Assembly (NCBI GenBank): GCA_002346225.1
Contig: DDYY01000068.1
Span: 9,017-73,016 of the forward strand
DNA length: 64,000 bases
Direction of reading: 5' to 3'
Source: Bacteroidetes bacterium UBA3022
GTDB lineage: Bacteria > Bacteroidota > Bacteroidia > Chitinophagales > BACL12
The translations under genes were made by a program, and so were the position numbers. Of the stretch, positions 29,349-38,802 are shown piece by piece (within the stretch, counting starts at the first letter, position 1; every line of letters begins with the position of its first letter). The notes beneath the pieces are model-generated. The model saw only the letters and a list, made by a program, of their open reading frames with translations. It was not told the DNA's origin and ran no database searches.

Positions 29349-31823
29349 TCAGGCCTTATTTTCTTCCACCATTCTCTTTATGCGGTCGGATAATTTTTCC
29401 GAACTGAGTTTTTCACGTCCCAGATTATCCACCACTATGGGAAAGCTGAAAGGTGAAAACCGATCACTGTAGCGTATGACTATTTTTGATTTCAGAACGC
29501 GCAGCAATGCTGTTCTTAACCGGGCCTGGTCCATCTGGTCGTTGATAGATTCGTCGTAGCTCTGTCGCAGCAGGAGATTTTCAGGCTCATATTCTGCAAG
29601 TACATTGAACATAAGCTGACTTGAAGACTGGAGGTGTCTGTTTTTCTTGATTTTGCCCGGATAGCCCTGAAAGACCATTCCGGAAATCACAGCGATATCG
29701 CGGAATTTACGCCTTGCCATTTCTATGGCATTTACGGAGCCAAAAACATCGTTGTCCATATTATGAGGGTCTAAAAGTCGACGCACCATTGGTTCGTCAA
29801 CCATAATTTGTTGGTTGCAGAGCAGCTCAAAGCCATAGTCATTCATTGCCAATGAAATGCTCACCGGCAGTTGAAGGCTCATCCTGTAAGCAGCTAAACC
29901 CGCCATCACTTCATGGATGAGCCGGCCTTCAAACGGGTAGAAAAACAGGTGCAGCCCATCCTCACTTGTCGATATTTCCACCAGTAATTCGTCAGGCTGA
30001 GGAATATAAGTTCGCTTTTCCTGTAATTCCAAAAGGGGTTGAAGTTCTCTGTACTCCGGAAATTCGGGCAGCAGTGTTCGCCAGGTAGCCAGGTGCTGGC
30101 GCATAACTTCTGCTAGGTAGCCAGACAATGGCATTCTCCCGCCCATATAGGAGGCTGTATTAGCTTTTCGCTCCTTTGCTTTCCTGACGTAAGCGGTCAT
30201 ATCTTTCAGCATAAGGAATTCGAGACAAAGTCCTGCAAACCAGAAAACATCGCCCGGATTGAGGCGTGCTACGAAGTACTCCTCAATAGACCCCAATGCA
30301 CCACCTTTAAGAAAGCGCACCATCACAACCGAATCGCTGACAATGGTACCGATTTGCAATCGATGCTTGGTGGCTGCGGCTCTGTTGGCAATGATAAACC
30401 TATCCTTATCCCTAACAACCCTGCTAAACTCACTATATGCTTCGAATGCTTTGCCGCCCATTGTTATGAATTGCAAACACCAGTTCCATTCTTCGGGTGT
30501 AATAAGGTGATAAGCATAGGTAGAACGTATTTCCCGGTGCAAATCCGCAGCTTTGAATCCGTTGCCAATAGATAATGTTACCATGTATTGAATTAGCACA
30601 TCGAAGCTGAGCACCATGGGATCGCGTTTTTCAACTATTCCTGATTGAATGGCCTGTTTTAGCGCTGCGACCTCGACCAATTCGAGCGCATGGGTAGGAA
30701 TAAAAAATATGCGTGAAACTTCCCCCGGTTGGTGACCGCTTCTTCCGGCTCTCTGAGTAAACCGCGCCACCCCTTTGGGTGAACCAATCTGGATGACAGT
30801 ATCTACCGGCCGGAAGTCGACTCCCAAATCAAGACTGGATGTGGCGATGACAGCTTTCAAGGTCCCTTCATGCAGGGCAGCTTCTACCCAATCGCGCACT
30901 TCCCGACTGAGTGAGCCATGGTGCATTGCCAGCTGTCCTGCGAGTTCCTCTTCGTGATTCAGCAGGTGATGGTACCAAATTTCGGCCATAGCGCGCGTGT
31001 TGGTAAAGATGAGGGTGGTGCGCGATGACCAGATGATGTCAATGATTTGCGGCAACAGCTTCAACCCGATATGACCTGCCCATGGCAACACATCCACCTC
31101 CTCCGGCATGACTGTATGGACCTCTATTTCCTTTTTGATATGGCTCTTAACAATGGTGGTCTTTTCTTCAGGCATATCCTTACCTACCAACACCTCCATG
31201 GCTTCTACCAGGTTACCGATGGTAGCTGAAATACCCCAGGTGCGTACATCAGGAACAATAGTTCTGAATCTTGAAAGTGCCAGTTCTACCTGCACTCCTC
31301 TTTTTGAACCGAGCAATTCATGCCATTCATCCACTACTACTGCTCTGAGAGCACTGAACAAGCGGTCATAGCCCGGAGATGTAAATAAGACATGAATACT
31401 TTCAGGGGTAATAACCAGTACCTCCGGCATTTTTTTCTTCTGTGATAGCCTGGTTCTTGTATCAGTATCTCCTGTGCGCATTTCCACTTTCCAGTTGCTA
31501 TCCATAACATCGCAGGCATGCTGCAGAGCATTCGCAATATCTCTTGCCAATGCGCGCAATGGTGTAATCCAAAGTAGTTGCAATGTGCCGGCTGCGACAT
31601 TCGAGGTCTTCTGCTTCGACATAGCCTCGCACAGCGCCGGAATAAACATGGCATAGGTTTTTCCGCTTCCGGTGGGAGCATTTAGTATGCCGTGTAAACC
31701 TGCAGCGTAGGCTGCTGCCAGTTCGTCCTGAAAGAGAAAAGGTTGCCAGCCCTTATACCTGTACCATTTCCCAATTAAGTTGTGGTATTGTTCATGAATA
31801 ACTGTAAGATTGCTTTCCGGCAC
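29349..31823 (-). CDS. lhr: Lhr-type DExH-box ATP-dependent helicase
   Basis: 824 aa. N-terminal WYRYKGWQPFLFQ, Walker A APTGSGKTYA, DExH box VVVDEWHELLG and QRAGRSGH motif VI. Apparent GTG start. Confidence 0.88.
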   Translation of the reverse strand: MPESNLTVIHEQYHNLIGKWYRYKGWQPFLFQDELAAAYAAGLHGILNAPTGSGKTYAMFIPALCEAMSKQKTSNVAAGTLQLLWITPLRALARDIANALQHACDVMDSNWKVEMRTGDTDTRTRLSQKKKMPEVLVITPESIHVLFTSPGYDRLFSALRAVVVDEWHELLGSKRGVQVELALSRFRTIVPDVRTWGISATIGNLVEAMEVLVGKDMPEEKTTIVKSHIKKEIEVHTVMPEEVDVLPWAGHIGLKLLPQIIDIIWSSRTTLIFTNTRAMAEIWYHHLLNHEEELAGQLAMHHGSLSREVRDWVEAALHEGTLKAVIATSSLDLGVDFRPVDTVIQIGSPKGVARFTQRAGRSGHQPGEVSRIFFIPTHALELVEVAALKQAIQSGIVEKRDPMVLSFDVLIQYMVTLSIGNGFKAADLHREIRSTYAYHLITPEEWNWCLQFITMGGKAFEAYSEFSRVVRDKDRFIIANRAAATKHRLQIGTIVSDSVVMVRFLKGGALGSIEEYFVARLNPGDVFWFAGLCLEFLMLKDMTAYVRKAKERKANTASYMGGRMPLSGYLAEVMRQHLATWRTLLPEFPEYRELQPLLELQEKRTYIPQPDELLVEISTSEDGLHLFFYPFEGRLIHEVMAGLAAYRMSLQLPVSISLAMNDYGFELLCNQQIMVDEPMVRRLLDPHNMDNDVFGSVNAIEMARRKFRDIAVISGMVFQGYPGKIKKNRHLQSSSQLMFNVLAEYEPENLLLRQSYDESINDQMDQARLRTALLRVLKSKIVIRYSDRFSPFSFPIVVDNLGREKLSSEKLSDRIKRMVEENKA

Positions 31824-31855
31824 ATTTAAAGATAAGCATGCCTATTAAACATTGC

Positions 31856-32821
31856 TTAAAGTTTTTGCCATTCAAATTCAGGTGCTCCTTTAATTCCATT
31901 TTCATCGTAGAAATCGACAAAATGTAGTTTATAGGTATCGCCGTCTGTATCGCGGATAATAAAATTTTTGGTTGGATCGACCAGATACACAGCAGAAGAG
32001 AAGTCAAAGAATTTCCAGTCATATCCTATTATATCAAGGTCTGATGAAAACTCCAAGACGCCAGCTGACTCCAGGTTTATGTCATCAAATACATTGAAAG
32101 TGTCAACAGCAACCTTTACATTATATCTGTTGAGCAATACACCAGTAACTATATACGGGGTAGGTGGATTTGCAAATAAATGCGTGTATTGTGTAAATAA
32201 TAAATCCCAATTACTTTTAGGAGGTTCTACACTAACCACATCCTGTTGCACAAATGAATATGTCATGAGATTTATCTCTGAATTCTTTGGTATAACCAAT
32301 GTATGTTCGTTTGATCCATCAAGCAATGCGGCTTTAATTGTGTAGGACAATTCAGAGGCATCCAGGACAACTAATTTAAAAAAACCCAGTGAACTTGCAT
32401 CGGATGCATAGCCTCTGTTCACTACAAATACTTGACCTGTACCTCTGTAGTCGCCAAATGCTGTGCTGTCCGGGTTTCCATTCTGCAAATCATAATTGTA
32501 AATGAGGCTCTCCGGAGAAACTACGCTTTCAAAATTAGTAGTTCCGGTAGCTGCCACAGAACCTCCGTTGGCAGCGTTTAACCAGATTCTCCAACCATCC
32601 TGTTGGGACTCAAAACCAAGATCCCATGTAGTTTTATCATTAGATGCAACTACTGCGCCAGAGCCCAGATCGAAGAATAGTTGAGAACTATAATCACTCC
32701 CCATCATCAACTGTGTAGATTCAACTCCGGCAGGTAGATTAACAATAACCGGTATTTCTTCCTGCTCACATGCGATAATCGAAAAAATGAAAACTGAATA
32801 TGTTAATAGGTATTTTTTCAT
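31856..32821 (-). CDS. HmuY-like surface lipoprotein (paralogue of 35233..36480)
   Basis: Lipobox ..FIFSIIAC. Shares WDLGFE, EPPKSNWDLLFTQY, VTGVLLN, IGYDWKFFDF and FEWQKL blocks with the upstream T9SS protein. Lies 4 nt downstream of the TonB-dependent receptor. Confidence 0.55.
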   Translation of the reverse strand: MKKYLLTYSVFIFSIIACEQEEIPVIVNLPAGVESTQLMMGSDYSSQLFFDLGSGAVVASNDKTTWDLGFESQQDGWRIWLNAANGGSVAATGTTNFESVVSPESLIYNYDLQNGNPDSTAFGDYRGTGQVFVVNRGYASDASSLGFFKLVVLDASELSYTIKAALLDGSNEHTLVIPKNSEINLMTYSFVQQDVVSVEPPKSNWDLLFTQYTHLFANPPTPYIVTGVLLNRYNVKVAVDTFNVFDDINLESAGVLEFSSDLDIIGYDWKFFDFSSAVYLVDPTKNFIIRDTDGDTYKLHFVDFYDENGIKGAPEFEWQKL

Positions 32822-32825
32822 ATTT

Positions 32826-35090
32826 TTATATGTTATATTTGAATCCTAAAGAAACAGACCTTCCCCATCCGATTGGGGTTAAAGTGGAAGATGCGCTATG
32901 CACACCTCCGGTTCCGCCATTTAAAACAGAAACATCAACTACATTAAACAAATTTTTTCCCCCTAAAGTAAGCGATATGCGGTCTTTGCAAAGATTCCTT
33001 GAAACAGTTATATCCAGCAGGTGATAGGAATCAATTTGTGTGAGCAGCATTTCACCATCCGCTCCAAGAAAGTAATTAGGAAGGCTTCCATTGAATGTAT
33101 AAAAAGCACCGAAAGTTAAACCAGTTGAGTGCCAATTATATAAGATACTGGTTCTAAATTCAGGTGAGAATGTGAACTTATTTGTTGCAGTTGGAACGGG
33201 AAAACCATTGTATCTGCCTGTGTATGAAGACCCAACGGATAGTTTTAGGTGTTCCAGCGCCAGCTCAATATTTGAAGCAGTTCCAATGCTTTTAAAATCA
33301 CCAACATTGATATAGGAGAATTGAGCTGCGATCATATCAGTCTGCGCCAGTGTAATCAGGTTATCAATTACATTATAAAAAGCACTTATTTCAACCTTTA
33401 ATATCTTCTGACCATAGATTTGTTGCCACTGTGCCTGTACAGCTGCATTATTTGATGTTTCCGCATTTAAAGTTTCATTTCCCGTAATAAAATGATTAAT
33501 ATCTATAAACTCGAAATAAAGCTCTTTTAATGAAGGTGCACGAAAGCCCTTTGCCCATGACGCTCTGTAAGTAAAATGATTCAACTTGAACCTCACATTT
33601 AATGAAGGAATAACAGGAGCCTTGTACGCTGTATTGTAAGATACGCGAACGCCGGGTTTAATCAATAACCTTTCAACCGGACTCCATTCGAGCGTTGTAA
33701 ACACTGCAAAATCGCCCTGGCTTTGTTCACCTGATCCAATGCGTTTTCCAGTGCCCGTTTCATAGTTGACATCATAGCCCAGCTCTGCGCTCCACCTCTT
33801 TTGCACTGGAGCTGCAACCCAAATGCCCCGGCTCATAAATACATCGAACCGTGTAGTATCCTGATCTTCCTGACTTTCTGTCAGCACCTCTTCCAGGGTA
33901 GCAAGATCTTTAAGATAAGTGTTTTTAATTCTGTCATAGCGGTTGAATGCTGCCAGCAGATGAACGGAATGGGTGGAGTCGAATGCAGCGCGAATATCTG
34001 CTCCTGTATTGCTGCGCCAAGTCCTGTACAGATCATCGAATGCACTGTCAAAATAGGGTTCTCTTGGTACACCGCGATTAGTAACTTCCTCGTAGAACCA
34101 GTCGGCAAAAGGACGAATACTTATCTTCTCCTTGTTAAATCTGTAAAACGCACCTCCAAAAATCTGTTCTTTAGGATTCCATTGCTGGTTTCTGGAGTCA
34201 CCAACCGGAATCTGACCTGGACTGATAAGAAAAGCATCCCCAACCGACCATCCGTCAAAAAAGTTTCTTCCTCCATTAACTGCAACCTGGTGCGATCCGC
34301 TGGAAAAACCCAATCTGCCATCAATATTATATTGTCCAACCGATTCCAGGTAAGAATTTAGGGTGGTTTCGACCGAACTATCCTGCTCTTTTTTAGTAAT
34401 AATGTTGATGGTCCCGGCAAGGGCATCTGATCCATAGTTTACGGCGAGCGGACCTTCCACGATTTCAATTCTTTCCACATTTGCCAAATTGATTTGCGAC
34501 AGGTCAAGATTTCCATCCACCCTTCCTATAACGGGAACTCCATCCACCAGAATCTTTACATGCTGACCGGACATTCCCTGTAAACTCATCGAACTTCCGA
34601 GAATATTATCCTGACCAATACGTATATTCATTTCGCTCTGCAATATATCCTTTAGGTTAACGGCTGCCTGGGCCTCCATTCTTTTTCTGTCAATGACCTT
34701 TACAGCATGAACTGATTTATCACTACTATTGGGTGAATGCTGACCTGTTATAACCACCTGGTTGAGTGTGACCAGTTCCATATATAGTTTATAAATGGTG
34801 TCAGAACCACTATAATAAACAGCTCTTATTGGTGTATAACCAAGGTATCGAATTTCAACTTCCCAATTGCTGTCAATGGCGGTTAACTCCGGGATAAAAT
34901 CTACTTCACCGTTTCTATTGGTTACTAGCGTAAAACCCTTACTGTCAGTCGCATTGCTAAAATGTACATGCGCACCAGTAAGGGGGATATCGAGTTCATT
35001 GGCAATTGCAATAGACTGACCAGAGGCCGGCATCCAGCTAACAAATAGCAGCCCATAAAAAACATACTTTACCTTTCGCAATGTAAGCAT
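32826..35090 (-). CDS. TonB-dependent receptor
   Basis: 754 aa. Signal peptide, carboxypeptidase-regulatory-like N-domain, plug (..IEIVEGPLAVNYGSDALAGTINII..) and beta-barrel. Confidence 0.9.
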   Translation of the reverse strand: MLTLRKVKYVFYGLLFVSWMPASGQSIAIANELDIPLTGAHVHFSNATDSKGFTLVTNRNGEVDFIPELTAIDSNWEVEIRYLGYTPIRAVYYSGSDTIYKLYMELVTLNQVVITGQHSPNSSDKSVHAVKVIDRKRMEAQAAVNLKDILQSEMNIRIGQDNILGSSMSLQGMSGQHVKILVDGVPVIGRVDGNLDLSQINLANVERIEIVEGPLAVNYGSDALAGTINIITKKEQDSSVETTLNSYLESVGQYNIDGRLGFSSGSHQVAVNGGRNFFDGWSVGDAFLISPGQIPVGDSRNQQWNPKEQIFGGAFYRFNKEKISIRPFADWFYEEVTNRGVPREPYFDSAFDDLYRTWRSNTGADIRAAFDSTHSVHLLAAFNRYDRIKNTYLKDLATLEEVLTESQEDQDTTRFDVFMSRGIWVAAPVQKRWSAELGYDVNYETGTGKRIGSGEQSQGDFAVFTTLEWSPVERLLIKPGVRVSYNTAYKAPVIPSLNVRFKLNHFTYRASWAKGFRAPSLKELYFEFIDINHFITGNETLNAETSNNAAVQAQWQQIYGQKILKVEISAFYNVIDNLITLAQTDMIAAQFSYINVGDFKSIGTASNIELALEHLKLSVGSSYTGRYNGFPVPTATNKFTFSPEFRTSILYNWHSTGLTFGAFYTFNGSLPNYFLGADGEMLLTQIDSYHLLDITVSRNLCKDRISLTLGGKNLFNVVDVSVLNGGTGGVHSASSTLTPIGWGRSVSLGFKYNI

Positions 35091-35232
35091 ATCACATAAG
35101 AGCTTATATTTGTTGATTAGATATTTACTAAAGCTTTCAGACGAACAGCCGTTTTAAGTGCGAAGTTTTACAGATGCACTTAAATACCAATTTGCATACT
35201 TTGTGTTAGAAAAACCCACCGATGTATTATGC

Positions 35233-36480
35233 TTAGTGGCTTACTGAAAATAAGGCTTGATTTACTTGAGAATCCTGTTCAACAACAACAGTATAGAAGC
35301 CTGCCGGCAGATCACTGATGTCTACCTGCCAATTGTTAAATGAAGCATTGTTCCCATGTTCGGAATAAAGAATCCTTCCATTAAGATCAACTATTGAAAC
35401 AATTGAACCGGTTGATTTTGCGCTAAACAGAATATTAATATAATCGCTTGCAGGGTTAGGGTAAATTGTGAGTTCAATACTATTTGTCGCATTGCTTTCG
35501 ATTGCAGTTGGCTGGCTAAGCAACAGCTTTTCGAATGAAAAATTGCCAGTAGAGGATCCTTCAAAAGATGTAAAAAGAATCTTCCAAATATTGCCCGCCT
35601 GATCCTTTACAAAGTAAACGGTTGAATCAGTTATGAGGAAAGTAAATGAAGCCATATCAAAAACTTTCCAGTCATATCCAATGGCATTTGCAGCCTGCGT
35701 GAATACCTCACCTGAGTAATCCTCAAAAGTAAGCGGGTCATCTACCGGAAAAGCCCTGGCAACTTCTACCCCGTCGTTAATAAGCGCTCCGGTTACATTG
35801 TAGTAAACTGAAGGAGCCAGCTCTGTTATGTAGGATCCGAATGTTATATCCCAGGAAGATTTCGCCGGCTCTCTGTCAACAATTTGCTGCTCCGACAAGT
35901 TGTAATATACAAATATTTTATCTTCGTAATCAGCTTTCCCAATGCTTGTTTCAACCTCTTCGCTGCCATCTATATTTGCAAAACGGATGTTGTAGTTGCC
36001 ATCTATGAGATTAAGAATACAGATCTTTTTCCAAGAACCATCCAAAAGTTGAATAAAATATATGGAATCGCCGGTAATATTATGTGTAAGCGGATCATAC
36101 AATCCCCAGCCAACGTCGAACCCCTCAGCTGTTGCATTGAAAGCTCCGCTGTACCAGCTGGTATCGCTGTTGTAGAAAGTAAACCAGGATGCAGATAACC
36201 CGGCGGTGTCCACTATGTCCCAGTCAGCTATGCTTCCTAAGGGATATTGGTACAAACGATTGCCTTTGCCATCATTTATGCGAATAGCTGTTCCGAAAGG
36301 GCTTACATCAAAAGCGAGATCCCAATTCATGTTGTCGGCGGAAAAAGCTGCACCATCTGTCAAACCATAAAATACCTGATCGTTGTAACCCGCACTCAAT
36401 GAAAGTTCAACTGTTTGGGCCTCTACAGAAAAAAGGAACCCTGTTAACAGTACTAAAAAAGAATTTCTCATAGTATTCAT
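35233..36480 (-). CDS. HmuY-like protein with T9SS C-terminal sorting domain
   Basis: 415 aa with a signal peptide. Contains WDLAFD, EPAKSSWDITFGSY, VTGALIN and IGYDWKVFDM blocks. The C-terminal ..LTIYPNPASDYINILF...GFYTVVV.. is a typical Por/T9SS CTD. Confidence 0.65.
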   Translation of the reverse strand: MNTMRNSFLVLLTGFLFSVEAQTVELSLSAGYNDQVFYGLTDGAAFSADNMNWDLAFDVSPFGTAIRINDGKGNRLYQYPLGSIADWDIVDTAGLSASWFTFYNSDTSWYSGAFNATAEGFDVGWGLYDPLTHNITGDSIYFIQLLDGSWKKICILNLIDGNYNIRFANIDGSEEVETSIGKADYEDKIFVYYNLSEQQIVDREPAKSSWDITFGSYITELAPSVYYNVTGALINDGVEVARAFPVDDPLTFEDYSGEVFTQAANAIGYDWKVFDMASFTFLITDSTVYFVKDQAGNIWKILFTSFEGSSTGNFSFEKLLLSQPTAIESNATNSIELTIYPNPASDYINILFSAKSTGSIVSIVDLNGRILYSEHGNNASFNNWQVDISDLPAGFYTVVVEQDSQVNQALFSVSH

Positions 36481-36562
36481 CCTCTATTAATTTAGAATAT
36501 TTCTAAAGTGCAAAAGTAGAGATGAAGCCTATCCCCGACAATACAACAATATGGGTAAATTG

Positions 36563-36582
36563 TATACCACAAATGTGGTATA
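36563..36582 (-). terminator. hairpin TATACCAC-aaat-GTGGTATA directly after the regulator stop
   Basis: 8-bp perfect stem with a 4-nt loop, 5 nt beyond the stop at 36587. No clear U-tract, so it could equally be an operator for the downstream HmuY/TBDR genes. Confidence 0.35.
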
Positions 36583-36586
36583 ATGA

Positions 36587-37237
36587 TTATAAGGCAGATT
36601 TTGGGTGGGCAATCAGGCCTGTATTAATAGCATACATAACAATACCTGATATGGAATTCACCCTTAATTTCTTGGTGATATTTCGTCGGTGAGTATGAAT
36701 GGTATGAACGCTTAAATTCAGCGTTTTAGCAATATCCTTATTAGTATTACCGATTGCGATTAATGAAACGATTTCCTGTTCACGGGATGACAATATGCAT
36801 CCGGAACTCTCCTCTTTTACTTCAGGATGCACAGATTTTTGAAACATGACATTGATAACCTCCTTGCAAAAGAATCTCTCCCCTTTCGTCAGAAGGTAAA
36901 TGGCTGAGATAATTTCATCTTCTTCACATTCCGTTGAGATATAACCGTCTACTCCCAACTTCAGCAATTCAACAACAGCATCATGGTGTGTTGCTTTGGC
37001 CATAAGGAGGATTTTCACATCAGGAAATGCTTCCTTTATGGCACTAATGCTATCTTTTGTAAAGGCTCCCGGATAATTAAACTCACCAAAAATAACGTCA
37101 ATTTTCCGCTTATTGGCAGCCAGACGAAGCTCCTCCATTGATCCTGCTTCATGCAAATCAATATCAATACTTCCCTGCAGCAAAGCGCGCAGACCCATTT
37201 TTTTTAGCGTGTTATTGCAGGCATGAATAAGGTACAT
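36587..37237 (-). CDS. NarL/LuxR-type response regulator with a degenerate (pseudo-)receiver domain
   Basis: 216 aa. The C-terminal LuxR HTH reads LSSREQEIVSLIAIGNTNKDIAKTLNLSVHTIHTHRRNITKKL. The receiver lacks the acidic pair (IHACNN), has Glu at the phospho-Asp position (DVIFGEFNYPG versus DLILLDLNMPG) and lacks the conserved Thr/Lys. A TGA lies immediately upstream of the ATG. Confidence 0.8.
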   Translation of the reverse strand: MYLIHACNNTLKKMGLRALLQGSIDIDLHEAGSMEELRLAANKRKIDVIFGEFNYPGAFTKDSISAIKEAFPDVKILLMAKATHHDAVVELLKLGVDGYISTECEEDEIISAIYLLTKGERFFCKEVINVMFQKSVHPEVKEESSGCILSSREQEIVSLIAIGNTNKDIAKTLNLSVHTIHTHRRNITKKLRVNSISGIVMYAINTGLIAHPKSAL

Positions 37238-37642
37238 TCAGCTTCTTTGGATAGCTTCTAAACACAAAGGTATGGTTTTGGTTCTAAAGAGACACATACG
37301 CACAGTCCATCCACTGCGGCTACCACTAACAATACCAAAGCTTATAATCTGAAAAGAGTGCGCGATAAATTGCCAAATCTTAAGGAATTCAGACTTGACA
37401 ATTTAAACTAATGAGCTACAAACCAGGGTCCCCTTTATTGCTGAGTTTTCCAAAAGAGTTAAGTCTTGAGAAAGAAATATTTTTTCCTGAACAGTAATTC
37501 AAGAGTTGCTTAAAGCCAATACAAGTTTTTGCTGTTTATCTTCACCAGTGGCTGAAAGAAAGCACTCCGGCATAAACAGATTGACCTGATTCACAGGCTA
37601 CAGAAATCAACTGTCGGGAACTTTAATAAGGATTGTTTTATA

Positions 37643-37650
37643 TACTTTTG
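37643..37650 (+). promoter_or_regulatory. -7 promoter box TACTTTTG for pntA
   Basis: Exact TAnnTTTG, ending 21 nt before the ATG at 37672. Confidence 0.4.
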
Positions 37651-37671
37651 TTGGTACACAATTAAGAACAT

Positions 37672-38802
37672 ATGGTATTAGGTGTATTAGCCGAAAGTAA
37701 CGATCAACGCGTCGCTATCACTCCCGAACACATCCCCTTGCTCACCGCGATGGGTATTCAAAAAGTTCTTATTGAATCCGATGCAGGTAAGCGCGCATCA
37801 TACTCCAATCAGCAGTATACAGAAAAAGGTGCTGAGCTGCTAAGCAGAATGGAAGTATTGAATCAATCTGATGCGGTTGTTTGTATTCAACCTATAGAAC
37901 AACAAGAACTTGCCGTATTAAAGGGTAAAGTACTGATTGGAGGTTTTAATCCATTGGTAAATACCTCTTTTGTGCGAGAAGCATTACAGGAAGGTGTTTC
38001 AGCCTTTAGCCTGGATGTTATTCCACGAACTACAAGGGCACAGGCAATGGATATTCTTTCCAGCATGGCTACAGTATCAGGTTACAAGGCTGTTTTACTT
38101 GCTGCAACCCATTTACCGCGCTTTTTTCCCATGTTTATGACAGCAGCAGGTACCATTACTCCGGCTAAAGTACTGGTGCTTGGAGCCGGCGTTGCCGGAT
38201 TGCAGGCCATTGCCACTGCAAAGCGGCTAGGTGCTGTCGTCGAAGCGTCAGACGTGCGGCAGGCAGCCCGGGAGGAGGTGCTTTCGCTGGGTGCCAAATT
38301 TGTGGATGTAGAAGGAGCCGTTGAAGACAAAAGTGCCGGCGGGTATGCTGTTGAGCAATCAGAAGACTTCAAGAAAAGGCAGCAGCAGGCGGTGCAGGAG
38401 CATGCCATGAAGAGCGATGTAGTAATTTGCACTGCCCAGATTCCGGGAAGAAAAGCACCTGTTCTTCTGGAAAAAGCTACCGTCGAAAAAATGAAACCCG
38501 GATCTGTAATTATCGACCTTGCAGCCTCCACCGGAGGAAATTGTGCCCTCACAGAAAACGGAAAGATTACTGAAATAAACGGCGTTACTATCATTGGAGA
38601 TAGCGGACTGGCATCCACAATGCCTTATGATGCTTCGAAAATGTTTGGAAAAAACATGATTAACTTCCTTAAGATCATGATAGACAAAGAAGGAAATATC
38701 CAACTCAATTGGGATGATGATCTGATAACCGGAACTTGTATTGCGCATGAAGGTGCAGTTAAAAACGAGCGTGTAAAATCTGCCATGGATGCTAACATTT
38801 AA
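37672..38802 (+). CDS. pntAA: NAD(P) transhydrogenase subunit alpha, part 1
   Basis: 376 aa. Alanine-dehydrogenase/PNT fold with Rossmann motif VLVLGAGVAGLQAIATAKRLGA. Confidence 0.92.
   Translation: MVLGVLAESNDQRVAITPEHIPLLTAMGIQKVLIESDAGKRASYSNQQYTEKGAELLSRMEVLNQSDAVVCIQPIEQQELAVLKGKVLIGGFNPLVNTSFVREALQEGVSAFSLDVIPRTTRAQAMDILSSMATVSGYKAVLLAATHLPRFFPMFMTAAGTITPAKVLVLGAGVAGLQAIATAKRLGAVVEASDVRQAAREEVLSLGAKFVDVEGAVEDKSAGGYAVEQSEDFKKRQQQAVQEHAMKSDVVICTAQIPGRKAPVLLEKATVEKMKPGSVIIDLAASTGGNCALTENGKITEINGVTIIGDSGLASTMPYDASKMFGKNMINFLKIMIDKEGNIQLNWDDDLITGTCIAHEGAVKNERVKSAMDANI

Noticed and set aside
35154-35183. 8-bp-stem hairpin TTAAGTGC-N14-GCACTTAA as the terminator of the T9SS HmuY-like gene
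   Set aside because: It has a large 14-nt loop and no U-tract in the minus-strand orientation. The downstream receptor is probably co-transcribed. It was left unannotated.
37581-37594. FNR-like site TTGACctgaTTCAC upstream of pntA
   Set aside because: It matches only 7/10 with a poor right half-site, and it sits in a 434-bp AT-rich intergenic region where such matches are expected by chance.
37238-37671. Long (434-bp) divergent intergenic region as a riboswitch or sRNA locus
   Set aside because: I found only short 26-28-codon ORFs and weak direct repeats, with no recognisable riboswitch core. It probably just houses two divergent promoters.
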